Below are positions 11,392 to 24,600 of a DNA stretch of 64,000 nt, piece after piece (the first letter of the stretch is position 1; each line of letters starts with the position of its first letter). The stretch comes from Bugula neritina (Eukaryota > Animalia > Bryozoa). The notes under the pieces are model-generated. The model saw nothing but the letters and a program-made list of their open reading frames with translations. It was not told the DNA's origin and did not search any database. The stretch is taken from the NCBI GenBank assembly GCA_964035545.1, contig OZ037765.1:1426001-1490000 (forward strand), in the 5' to 3' direction. Made by a program: the position numbers and the translations under genes.

Positions 11392-14300
11392 ACCAGTCGC
11401 GACAAAACCGGGGATGTGGCGGCGTTTATAAAGTGTAGTAAATGAAGGTTTAATTTGGAAATACTTAAATTTGAAATTAGTTTCCAATTTTTAGGTTTTA
11501 GACTTTTCTAATACAAAAAAATCCAAGGATTTCAAAAATCATACTTTCGTAAACATTTGATGATTCCTTCAGCTCTAAAATTGCATTTAAAGTTGGTAAC
11601 TATGGCGTTCAATTTTTTTAAATGATGAAAAATTTGCGAAGTTATCAATTAAAGAAAGAAGACAATTTTAGTCATTTTCATAGCGTGAGATCTTCTAAAT
11701 TTATTTTTTATCAAATAAATTTAGCTTACACCTCTTTCTTCGTATTGTCAGAAGCATCATATTTAAAATCGAAGGCTAGTTTTAGTTTTTCATCGCGTTC
11801 CATCCAAAGTTAGCTTTTAAGTTACTGAGCTGTTTTGCCCTTTAGTGATAAATGCTAAACTTAATCTTTATCTTTAGCGTTCAAGCTTGAAAACCACAAC
11901 AATACAGGTAATTATACTCAAAACAATCATTTACGCTACTAACTTAGAATTGTTGCCAGGATTATTTGTAGTTATCAATTTATTAATAATAATATTTATA
12001 CTATCACTAGGTGAGTAGGAGTATGTCTTAGAGTTACTGTTAGTCTATTCTATTCTATATTACTACTACTACTAGTAACTATTTAAATGACTCTCACAAT
12101 GACTCACAGTTTGAGGTACGGTTACTCATAATGATAATCATAATGAATATTATTCATGTTTTACTGATACTGGTATTTGGTAGTAAAACCAAATGTAGCT
12201 CATTAAATTTTTAATATTAATACTAATACTATTAGTATTAATATTAAAAGTATAGTATAACTATTACTATAAGTAATTAATAATTATAAATTCACTATTA
12301 CTATTAGTATTACTGTATTAGTATTTGAGTCTGACTCTGAGTTTCGCCTTTGCTCTTAAAACTTGATACTCATACTGATGGTATTATATTTATTGATTTA
12401 TTCTATAGTTAATATTTCAATTTACATTAGACTTACTCTTAGTCTTAGTAACTTTTAGCCTCTGTCTTAGATTTTGTCAATACAGTTACTGATTACTATT
12501 ACTATTAGTATTAATATTAGGCCTACTAATACTAGTCAAACTACCGGTTCCTTTTGTGATTTTTAAATTAGCTCAAAGTTTGATTTAAAATATAATGATA
12601 AAATCTTTATCACATTATGCAGGCTTACAGTTAGTGTTACTGTCAAAACTCAATTGATAATCATATTCATATTGATAAAAGCATCACCTATAGCCTAACC
12701 AAATTGAAATGATAAATGTAACTAAATGTAAACGAGTATAATGATGAAATATTAATGCGAGTTCATGATGATTCTATAGTTGACTGACTTGGTTTTTCAG
12801 TGAGTTACTTTTAGTCTTTATTTAGTGAGTAGTAACACTAACTGAATGCATAAATAGTCTAAACTTTTTAATTTTATTATAAGATGAGCAAATATTTATT
12901 CATATTTTAAAGTAATTTATTGAATTCAAATTGATTTTATAGTAAATGTTTTTAATAGATTCAGTTGCACTTAGCTAGCTTTTTTACTCTATTAAATGCC
13001 TGAGTGGTTAATAGTTATCTAAAGACATTGCTTCAAAATTGCCAATTGCAGATATGCTAGATATTCAAGTGCATAATGTGTAATTTTACTGATAATATTA
13101 TGTTAATATAGAATAATCCGATATTCTGTACATTTCAGAAAGTGGACTTGTGAGGGCATTAGAGTGAAGACTTATACCTACACAACTCTACTCCCTTTCA
13201 ATCTAATACTTCTAATGTAGACACTCCGGATTTTGGCTTGCAAGGTTATGGCTTCTGCTTATTTCATTCATAAAAAGGTTTGCAGTCTTTTAATGATGTG
13301 CTTGAAAATTATCAAGAATTTTTTTAATTTAAATTGTTCTGTTTAATTCAATAAATTTAAACGTTGATGAAATGCAGGATCACAATTAACTGCTGCCATA
13401 ATAGTACCACAAGAGTGTTTAGCCAACTAAATTTTTATAATATAACTGGGTATAATTTCTAATCAAGCTACTGTTTCCTTTTGTTATTTAAAAAAAGTCA
13501 ACATTGTACTTGCAGCTCTGGAATAGACAATAGATGGGTAGATTGGCAGAATGGATGTCAAGTAGCAGCATCTATAATTGCTAGAAAATCAGCTGATGAT
13601 AGTGATGAAGCTTTTGCCACATACATGATGTTATGTGTCCATACTTCGTAAACTCATATTATGAAGACCTAGGAAGTAGAAAGATGATAAGTGCCTTCTT
13701 TGCAACAACCGTAGAAGCTACCTAATTTTCTTTTCTTGATAAGAGTTAATTCAAGCATAATGGTTGTATCCAGGCTGGATTTTTTACTGCATTTAATTGG
13801 TTTTTTAAAATAATGTATTTGGTGTTTTAAATGTGAATATTATTGCCTAATAAAACTCAAAAGTTCAAATAGCTGATTTTATGTTTATATTTTCAACATG
13901 AACATCTCAGCCAAATCAATTGCTAAATTTAGTAGCTGTTAGAGATTATAAAGATATTTATAAATGAACCTCGCATGATCTCATAGTAGTCAAATAATTT
14001 TCTTATAAGTGTTCTATTCATTAAGCAATAATTATGAAACAGCACAGCTCAATAGCTGCAGTTTGATATATTACACGATATATTAGAGGAAAGGGAGATA
14101 TTCAATGTATAAGAGGAAGCAGCTGCCATTTTGTTTTATATCACTTCCTGCTGACTTGGATGCTTAATTTTAATATCTCAACACACAAACTTGCTGAAAC
14201 ATCCTCTTCTTTGCTAGAATTGTTAAACCTTTCAACCATTAAACAAAGTAAAAAGCGAATTGACAAATAAATTAGACAAAAAGTTTGGCGGCCATATTTG

Positions 14301-14665
14301 ACCTAATTTTATGTTGAGGCAGCATGAAATTTAGTTTAACAGAAAGCCCAAACTTTCACAATTATTTTGATACCAAATTTGTCACTATTTCTTCTATACA
14401 AAGACCCGTTGCTAAGGCTTGTAAATTGTAAACAAATAATTCTCAACTTATTCTAGAGTTGCCAACTTTAAACGCGATTTTCTCGAAACAGTAATTTAGA
14501 AATTCTAAAAACGTTAAAGTTTTCAAATACTGATATCTCGAGTTCTATTTATGCTAGAGACTTCAAATAAAGTGCAAAATGTTTGAGAAAGTCTGCTCTA
14601 TCACTCCATAGTAATAACTAGGTTTTCAATATTTCATCTACATCCCTTGTTTTGTGGTGCCAGGT

Positions 14666-14756
<91 letters not shown>

Positions 14757-17700
14757 TTTGCTATATCAAGTGTTTGTAATCATATCAATACGACATTGTT
14801 TTTCTACGTCAACAGTTGAAGCATAGCAAATGTGATAGTAAGCTTACTATACGAGCGTATTGTTTGAAATTTGAAAATTTCCAAACATCTTTTCCGTTGG
14901 AATAGTTTTGATAATATAATTGAAAGTCTATAGAAAAAGTTGAGCAATGTGCATTTATTAAACATGTGTAAGGTATAGGATGGGAAAAGCTTATATTCAG
15001 AGTTTTGTTAAATATATTATTTGACTAGACTGAAGCATCCATAGTTATTTGCAACGCAACTTTCAGCTCATAGCAATAAAATATAATTTTATTATAACCC
15101 AGAAATATTAGAAGTAGAAGTATCATATAATAATACAATCATTTAAACTCTGACTCTATTTAGATCTAATGAACACTATGCCAAGTGGAAGAAAACTAGT
15201 TTAAAAAACCCCTTTAATTGACGATTTATAATATAAAAGTAAAAAATATGCTGTATATGGAGCAGCCGTGGTCTAGGGGTTAGGGCGTTTGCCTAGTAAA
15301 CAAGAGGTCATTGGTTTGAGCCCAGACAAAGGCCATTGGTAATGTTAGGAAGAGCACCCAGTCATAATTGCTCCTGTGCCTCATTTAAATAAGTCCTTGA
15401 CCCGATTTAACAAAAACCCTTTCCATCAGAGGTTTCTCACAGGGACTGTGACTTGCACGAGTTTATATAATATGCTCTATATGCTTAGTGAATTGCTTTA
15501 AAGTGGTTTTGCATGTTGTGTGTGTATTTGTATGTACAGAATTTACTGTGTGAAGTGATGCAGTAAACAACAGTACGGCATATAGTAGCATAATATAGTA
15601 GGGGTGGAGTTATTTACAGCCAGAAATCAAATTAATCATTTCGTTTAGGTTATGAAAACTGTGTCTAAGAAACTGAAGTATTATTTGTTCCTAGTAAAAC
15701 AAACAAACAAACAGTAACCTTATTGCTGGATACAAGCTTGTAGCTGATATCATAAATAGACCAAGTATTGCATGGTTACATTCAGTATGTGCAAGCAATT
15801 TCCTGCTGCTCAAAACAACGTCTTAATAAACTCCTTGGGAGTGGCTGGCCATTGTTAACACTTTCTTTAGCTGAAGGAAATGAGTTGATTGTACATTCAA
15901 GTGCACAAATGCAAACAAGACATTGTAGAAAACTTTGCTAAAAAAAGCGTCAGGTAATGCTGACGTCAGGTAATGCTGACGCCATGCAGGTGTTTAAACC
16001 ATCATAGCTATGACTCAACCCCCTTATAATGGAACTTGATTATAAGTCACATGCTGCTTTGTATTTCTAATTCTCAGAAATACAAGCAACGCTTTTTGGC
16101 ATATAAATGCCATCGACTTTGGCACACACTTCAAGCTTGTAACACTGTGTACAATAATTATGTGGTATTGTGTGCACTGTTACACTGTATAAAATGTAAC
16201 ACTTTATAGAATGTAACAGTGTATATTACAATATAATATCACTGTAAGTAATATGCTTGTAGATTTCCCTGCAGTCACTGTTTGCAATGTAAACAAACAC
16301 AAACGGACAGCCATGTCTTTGTGGGACATAGCTGTGATGGGACCTCACCTCGGTATGACCAATGAGAGCTTCTCTCTTATACACCCTGAGCTCTACCCCA
16401 GTCAGTGGGTGAATGACACCTTTGATGGGACTGACTGGGACGCAGTTCTGGCAAATCACACAGGTATCAGCTTGAGTGTGACACTTTATCAGCAGAAATT
16501 AGTTTTAGCGTAGTTGTGTCCCCTTGAACAACTCGATCAGTTCCTATTTTTCTGTAAAATTTTTATTATTAATGGTTTTTTGAAATTTTGAGAGAAGTAA
16601 TTTTAAGAACAGCTTCTCATAGTTATCATGTAAGGAATAAAACCTGTATTAATAAATTCAGTTTGAATTTTAACTTGTTTCAGAAAGCGATTTTTGAATA
16701 TAGTTATAAACTCATTGAGTTGACAATTCCAATAATACTTTAGGAGAAGAGTACGACCTTGAAGACTTCTATGAGAGGACCGCCCACAAGTTCGAGGACA
16801 TGGTACAGTATTGTAGGTGGGAGGGAAATACATGTGAAGACGACTCCTGGGAAGAAGATTATACTCATTATAGTAAATGTTACACCTTCAACAAGGAGGG
16901 AGATCATCAACTCTTTAAGGCTGGATCAGGTAAGAGAAATGCGATACTAGTGATTTAAAGAGAAGATAATTAATATGGATGATTATTGAGCCTTTTTACC
17001 TAATAGTAGCAGTTCTCTGTTCTTATTATGGATGTTCTTATAGCATAATATAGAAAGTAACATTAGACGATCTCACTATCAATCATTATGATAGAGTTTG
17101 AAGAGTGAAGATGTATAAAGATGTCGATTACTAGCACTAGTTTATACTAATTTACATGCAGAGACTAGTTAGCTCAACTGCATACAAACTTTCCAGTCCT
17201 TATTCTACAGAAAACGGGCTGCAAGTGGTCCTTTATGATGAATCAGACGAATATATTGAGACTGACCATTCTGAAGATCTGGGATTTAAATTCCTCCCTC
17301 ATAGTCCAGCAGAGCCTCCATTTCTCAAGGAATTAGGATTTGGCTTGGCGCCAGGTTTCCACTATCTGATTGCCCTCCAGCAGAGAGAGGTTTGTGCAAA
17401 AGAAGCAACATTTCAAAGAGTTAGGATTACAATAATTAAAATATTTTGTTGGAAGTTTTTTTATAGCCCTAAAGCAACAACTTACAGCTATAATGTAAGA
17501 AACATGACGCAACATATCTTCAACAGAGTACGAATTTATTATTGAGCTACGAATTCACATCAGCCAGTTTAAACACTATTATATTGTGAATTTCTCACTA
17601 TTTAAATACTGCAGAATAAACCAATGAAATTTGGTATTATTACTTTTCTCTATATTATAAAGTCTGATGTAATCTTCTTGTTTAATATTATTATGGTTCA

Positions 17701-19251
17701 ATATTTAGTAAAGTAATTTATGCTATTAAATTTTCAAACAGATTTTTTTAGAATTATTTTTTATTTTGATATACTATAGATGAAAGCTGTTTATTTGAAA
17801 AGTTCTTTTGTATTGTAAACTCTATTTCTATATATTAAAAAGAACAAACAATCTTTTATAGTAATGAAGCTCTATTATTCTATAATTAAATATTATATAG
17901 ATGTTGCTTAAAGAAATGTTTTGGCTATTAATTACAGATTAAAGGACTGGGTAAGAAGTACACAGTGTGTGAGGAAGATCATGAAACTGATTTCTACTCT
18001 AACTACTCAGTTCCAGCCTGTCGGATAGAGTGTGAAACTAAACTGATTTATGAATCATGTGGGTGTAAACTAGTGGAGAGCCCTGGGGACTACCCTGTCT
18101 GCAGTGTCGAACAGTTTGACTGTGCTGAAGCTACGTTGTGTGAGTAAACTTTTATTGAATATTTAAAAATCAATTAAAACTGTCTAAGCGTTTTTAGTTG
18201 TATAATTTAACGTGGGAATTGAAACTCTTTCTCATAAAAGATGAACTCAGTAAACAAACTGTCACCAGTTTTGTATTCATAGCATGCTATATGTCATAGA
18301 GTTGATCATTTTACGTTTGCTGAGGCTTTATCAAACTAAACTGCAAGCTGTATTTTAAATAAAGGATCTGAACTATTAATTATGTTTAGTTCCTATCAAT
18401 AGCCCAGACTGCAATGCTGTTTATAGAATAATTTGGAAATACACTTGAGGATAAAATTTCCTTAGAAGCCCAATTTTAAGAAAGTATAAAAACTTTAAAT
18501 GAAATCAATAAGAATAATATTATAAAAATAGTATGAAACAGAAACATTGAACCTTAATAAATCATTCTCATGAATCATTGAGTTGTCTTGCCTTCATTGC
18601 AGTGGAGATAGAAAACTCAGACTCGTGCCTTTGCCAAACTCCGTGTCATACTATTCAGTATCCATTCAGAACTTCCTTCCTGGAGTTGAGAGAAGCTACT
18701 GTTGATAAGTTGAGGAAAGAGCATCCTATTCCAGATGGTTTGACCAGGTAAATATTATTTTATCGAGGATATCTTATTGTTAAATTGTTGAGCAAACAAC
18801 CCTTATGAAAAATGAATAATAGCCAATAAGATTTGTTTCCTAAAACACAAGAGTTGGAAATTGATCAACTTAATTAATAATATAAAATTGACTTTAAATT
18901 CTTCTTGTTGCAGAAAAGACTTGGTAGTCTTGAATATATACTTTGATGCTTTGGCCTACGAGTACATTGAGCAAGTACCTGCTTACACCTGGCTGGACAT
19001 ACTAAGTAAGTTCTTGTCATATACACTCAGTTCTGATGTCACAATAAGTGATCAGAAATGAGAATAATCACTTTGATGAATGTTTGGTAGGTGACTTTGG
19101 AGGTACAATGGGACTATGGCTTGGAGCCAGTGTTTTAGCTGCTATCCAACTCATAGACTATCTCTTCACGTCATGCTCAGTGAGATGTGCCAAGAGAAGA
19201 AAAGCTAGAATAACGGGCAAAGGGACTGACAACTCCGGATACAATGCTTAG
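10532..19251 (+). CDS. ASIC-like DEG/ENaC channel, tandem copy 2, complete (9 exons, 466 aa)
   Basis: Exons 10532-10630, 11163-11298, 16263-16463, 16744-16929, 17211-17389, 17938-18139, 18603-18747, 18914-19005, 19091-19251 total 1401 nt in frame. N-terminal FAEDSDLHG (HG motif), TM1 [44 protein letters not shown]. Internal exon lengths equal those of copy 1. Confidence 0.95.
11388..14669. mobile_element. 3.3-kb non-autonomous/decayed DNA transposon inserted in a (TA)n microsatellite (intron 2 of ASIC-like copy 2)
   Basis: Termini TGTGACC...GGTCACA with 25/32 identity as inverted repeats. Symmetric subterminal IR at 11577-11601 and 14457-14481 (22/25). (TA)n on both sides. Confidence 0.85.
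15259..15463 (+). mobile_element. tRNA(Thr-AGT)-derived SINE, full length
   Basis: Head GGAGCAGCCGTGGTCTAGGGGTTAGGGCGTTTGCCTAGTAAACAAGAGGTC..GGTTTGAGCCC (A and B boxes, anticodon loop CTAGTAA). Flanked by aatatgct(g/c)tatat, a TSD with 1 mismatch. Confidence 0.85.
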
Positions 19252-21123
19252 CTAAATTCTTGCTTTAAATATTAAACTGGAATTTTTTTCTTAAATAGAT
19301 CTTTATTCGCTTCATAGTATATATTATTTGAGAAAATATTTAGTGGCAATTTTTATTTTATTATTTTTGATTTTTATGATTTATTGAGTCAGGTTTTAAA
19401 TGTCTATGAGCTGATATTCAAAGAGGAGAAAAATCTCATTTATAAACCAAAGAACCTCAACATTAATACGGCAGCTAATGCGAGTCTCCTCTGACCAAAA
19501 CTATACTTACTATACTATACTATACTATAATTAGGCCAGTTGTTTGTTTTCAGTACAATTGAAAGTTGCACCTTGAAGATATTATTTTTGATTGCTCCTA
19601 TTATTTTCAAGTAAGACCAAAAATTAAAAATACATTGTTTGACATAATTACTGCTTTATGTCATTGATAAATAGAAAGCTAGTAATTTATTTTTGGTTCA
19701 AATTTATCAGGGAGCACTAGGCTTACATATAATAAATAATAAGGGTGTGCGAATATAATTAATTGTAAAGTGTTATTCAATTGTACACATGCTATCCTAA
19801 AAGCTTTGTGCTAAATAGACGTATATTATTTTGGTTCATCTGCTATATAGCTAACTTTGCTCAAATTCAGAATCAACTTGCTTGTAAATGCTAACAAAGC
19901 GCAGACATACTGAACATAAACTAAAGGTTACAAGGTGCATGCAAAAAGGAAAATACGGATATTCTAAGAAAAAGCTCTTTGATATGAAGTATAAATTTTA
20001 TTGGCGCATTACAACTAGTATTATTAACTATGCTAGACTTAAAATTCAGTTAGATGTTCCAAAATATTTCGGAAAAGACTGGAATTTAGAAAGCAGTATA
20101 TGTTTTTTACTACTTACAAAATATTATAATGCATTTAGCTTTTGCACACTAGTTAATAGTTGTCTCCTCGGTGTAGAGTGTTTTCTAAAACTGCGGGTCA
20201 AGTATTTGCATTTACGTCGATTTTCCGGGAGTGTAATTATCTTGCGAATAGATGTCAGCTGTGTCTGTCACACTCACCAGCCATCACTCATGGTCTCAGA
20301 CCGACTCAAATAGAATAGTTATTAGTGACGCACGTTTGACTGGACCTATGATTTTTCTTGATCTACTAATATTTTAATGTACTTAGCTAAATACTGATTT
20401 AGTAGCTATGATTTATGTGATCAATCTCATACTGATAGTGATACTCGTTGAGTCGTAATGTTGGCAACTTTAACAATATGAATATGAATATCAATATAAA
20501 CAAGTATAACTAAAACTTAAAGTTAAAATTAGACTTAAGTTGCCGAAACTAGTGACTATCACTCTAACAGCATGACTATTGCTATGGCTACAAGTATAAG
20601 TATTACTATTATAGTTTTGATTATCGTTCTGGTAATCATAATTCAAGTTATACCATATTGATATTCATTTAATTTTTTCATAGTGACGATGATAATCTTT
20701 AAGGCTTAAGCTCATGTTCGTGACGATGATCACATTGAAATTACGTTGATGATTATGATCTTGATAAGTATTCACGAAGGTGGCGCCAATTTTTGATTTT
20801 TGGAGTCAATACTGATTATAATTTTAGTTTTAGTTTGACTTCGAACTGAGAGTTTTTTAATAATAATAATAATAATAATATAATCTATTAATACACAATG
20901 AAAACGAAATCAATAGTGCTGCCTAATTGAAATTAATAAATTAAATTATGGTGATTTTATGAAATTAAATTTGTAATTGTAATCAGTAATTATTTTTGTT
21001 TTTACTAGCATCAGAAATATATTTCAGTTACATTAGTATTAGTAATTACTATTTAATGTTGAATTATTGTTACCTACAAGTATTTAATTCATGATCAAAT
21101 TTAATAGTTTATTGGATATCATG

Positions 21124-21337
21124 AACTCACGCAAGTTTATAGTCACGATTCCTGTGAAAAACCCCTAATGGAAAGATTTTTTGTTACATCAAGTGAAAGA
21201 CTTATTCACATGGAGAATAGGAGCAACTATGACTGGATGTCCTTTCTAACATCACCAATGGCCTTTACTGGGGTTCGAACCCATGACTTTGTGTTTACTA
21301 AACCAAACACTCTAACCCCTAGACCATGGCTGCTCCC
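21124..21337 (-). mobile_element. Same SINE family
   Basis: Aligns end to end with 57208-57419. Confidence 0.85.
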
Positions 21338-21641
21338 TATTGAATATTTTAAACAATGTAATTTTAATTGCTGTCCTATGACCTGGCCGCCAATCACAAT
21401 GAAAGTTGGACACCCATTGTTGGAAATAGTTTAGTGACATTGGAGACAGTGACAATCATAATGAATGATTAAATAAAATGAATATAGTCATTTTGTGTGA
21501 AAGTGGGCCCAAAACTTAAGCTCTCTCAAAATAAAAATGATCGTTTAATTGACCATAGTTACAACTCACCCAATTTGCTAATATTTTTCTTCAACTATTT
21601 CATTATTTTCCCTCAGGTCTGTTCACAGGGATTTCATTACC

Positions 21642-24600
21642 ATGGATTTTGCATCTATTATGAAAGCTGCTGTGGATAATCAGCACCAGCCAAGAGAGGT
21701 GGGTATTTTGTCTGATACAATGTAGCCTCAGTTTCCTTACTAGTTAGAGTTGTCTGCTCTTTAGATAATGTATGCTCTGAAACTATCTTATAACTCATAA
21801 CTGCAACCATTTCCGTTTCTTCCAATACTAATTGGCTAATTATTTTTTGGTTGGCCTACAAGACAACTTCCTGACGCATTGTAAGTTTCTGAAAGTAAGC
21901 ACCTTGACAGTAAATCCCACTTAACATAATAATTTACTGTATATTCACAGTGCTCGTACTTTTTCTCTACTGAATACATCTCTAATAGCTTGACTCTTGA
22001 AAATAAGCATCACAAACCTACACTAGTCTGGTCGTAACTCAATCAATCACAAAGCTTAATGATGTGAAATATTTGCTGTCCATAGCTGGTATTAGGCAAT
22101 ATCATGTGTAATCTTTTATTTTTCAAAATAGAGAACAGCTCATCAATTTTAATATGAAGTAAAGTATAAGCTCTTGTTAGTTTTCTCTGGAGTTGCACGC
22201 CCTATGTGGTACACACCGTAATGTTATTAACTCACTGTGATATGCTGCCAGACTGTCCCAGTATACAAAACTAAGCTGTCAGCTCCCAAGAAGGAGGAGA
22301 AGAGAGTTGATGTGGCAGCCATCAGGAAGAGACTGGAGGATGAGAGGCAGAAGAAGGAGAAACTTGAGAGGCTGAGGAAGGAGAAACTTGAGAGGCAGAA
22401 GAAGCTGTCTGATGCACCTCAGTCTGGTAAAGGTTCTGTCTCTGTGAAAGAGAAGGTTGGTCGGCGCTTTCTATATATACTATCTATAATTATATACTAT
22501 CGGTATATACTATCTGTATGTACTATCTATACACTATCTATATAATATCTATATGATGTCTATACACTGTTGAATATGCTGAGTATTTGTCTAAAGGTGA
22601 AAGTTTAGTAATTTTTAATTTTCGAAGCACTTTTTTATTCATATCTGATACTCCCACACAAAATTTAAACTTTTCAACTTATTTAGTTCTTTCAATGTCA
22701 TTAAAGTTTAAATTATGTCTTGTTTAGGCCGCAGTGAAGCCAAAGCCAGCAGAAAAATCAAAGTATGAAAGTAAAGAGCACAAAGAGAAACACCTAAACT
22801 TTATGAATAAAGTAAATAAACTCTCCACTAAGGAAACTAAATCAAATACTCCTGACTCTCAGTCTAAATCGTCTAGCAAACCTCACCGGAAAGCTACAAC
22901 TACAGGTTCAAAGGCTAAGCCCACATCAGCTCAGCCCAGCTTTCAGGATCTCATGAAACTAGCTGGTAAAATGCAGAGTGGTGAAGTAGTCCAACCCAAA
23001 CCTTCCTCTCCAATTGACAGTAAATCTAAGGCTAAGGGTAGTAGCAATGAGAAACATAAACCGTCTGGTAACTCTATACCAAAATCTAGCAACACAAATA
23101 GCTCTGCAAAAATGTCTACTTCAACCAAAAATAACTCAACCAATGGGAAAGATGTAATTTCTAAGTCGACCAATGGCAATACCTCAAGCAGTAAAGTGTC
23201 GAATAAGACCCATTCCAGTCAGAAAAATCCTTCCAATGCCGCATTGAAGAGCCACAACTCAGTAACCAATGGGAACGCAGCTACAAAAAGTCTGTCGAAT
23301 CTCAAGCCACCTCGATCTTCAAATCTAGCCAATCAGCATAAAGCTGGGACTAAGCGACCAATGAACGGAGCGGGTGGTGGCGGCGATACTGTGCCAGTAA
23401 AGAAGTTAGCGCTCTCAGGTCTGTTATTGGTTCCTTGTCTGCCATGTTGATTCTATGTGTCTGTCTGTGTGTCTCGCCACATCATCAACGGGGTACTGGC
23501 ACACATGCTGTTGTGTTTTATTGTAGTATTTTACCATTACAGAAGCAGCCAGGGCCAAGTTAGCCCGAAAAGAGGGACGTCCACTGAACCCCCCACCTTC
23601 CAAATCTAGTCTAGCGTCAAAGTCAGCGAGTTTAGGTCAGCAAAGCAAATCAAATCCTACTTCCAAAAAACCGAATAATGTGAAGCCTTCTCCTGCAGCC
23701 AACCAGAAAGGTGAGTCACGGCGAGATCTGGGTACGTCACAGGAAATGTGTTGGTTGTGTGGTGAGCTCTATAGTTTATGTTAGTATTGGTTTGGAGTTA
23801 TCGTATCTCTTTGGTGTAATGTTGTCAGCCAGTATTATGTTGGCTATAACATATAATATTATCCACTGCATCATTCATGTTTGGAGTTGTCATCTCTGAC
23901 ATTTCTCTCCTGGAGAAGACAGCTTACAAATGAGTATTTATTTGGCTCACTAATACGTATGTATGTTATTGTGATCATTTTAAACTATAAGTTAATTGGT
24001 TGGTGTTTACAGCTACGCAGAGTCAGCCTAAGACCAAAGAGGAGGTCAAACCAGCCATGTCAGCGTGGGATAGACTCATGGGCACCAACTCATCTGCCAA
24101 CAAAGGTATGAGTCATAAGAAGCTGCCGTCTATACCATCCGCACTGACGTCTCTTTGTTTGCAGACCTTATGCTCTTTGATGTTTATCCTGATATAATCT
24201 AATACTTATGCTGCAAGATATTAATTTAACTGATGTCAGCTATCTTAATTTATAAATAAGGTACCAGCTGATCATAGATCTCTATTTACTTTAACAATGA
24301 ACTGCAAAGTGGTGTTTTATTTCAAGTACCAAATTCGCTTTTACATATTGTTTACTTTTTCACATTCACACTGCAGCTGTTATTAATGCTAGAAAAATTG
24401 GCTTTTTATCAAATGCTTTTGCTGCATAAATGTGCTTTTAATCTTGAGCAGACAAGCCTAAGAAGAAGGCAGCTCGTTATATCGACAGCGAAGATGAGGA
24501 CGATGACCTCGATGACTTCATAGCAGACGACGACGAGGATATGGACTACTCATCTCATATCCGCGATATCTTTGGTTACGACAAATCTAGGTACTCGGGC

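Noticed and set aside
19888-20313. 141-aa ORF between ASIC-like copy 2 and SPT2
   Set aside because: No recognisable domain, AT-rich codon pattern, and it overlaps the probable SPT2 promoter/5'UTR.
21168-21434. 88-aa ORF
   Set aside because: Lies mostly within a SINE copy.
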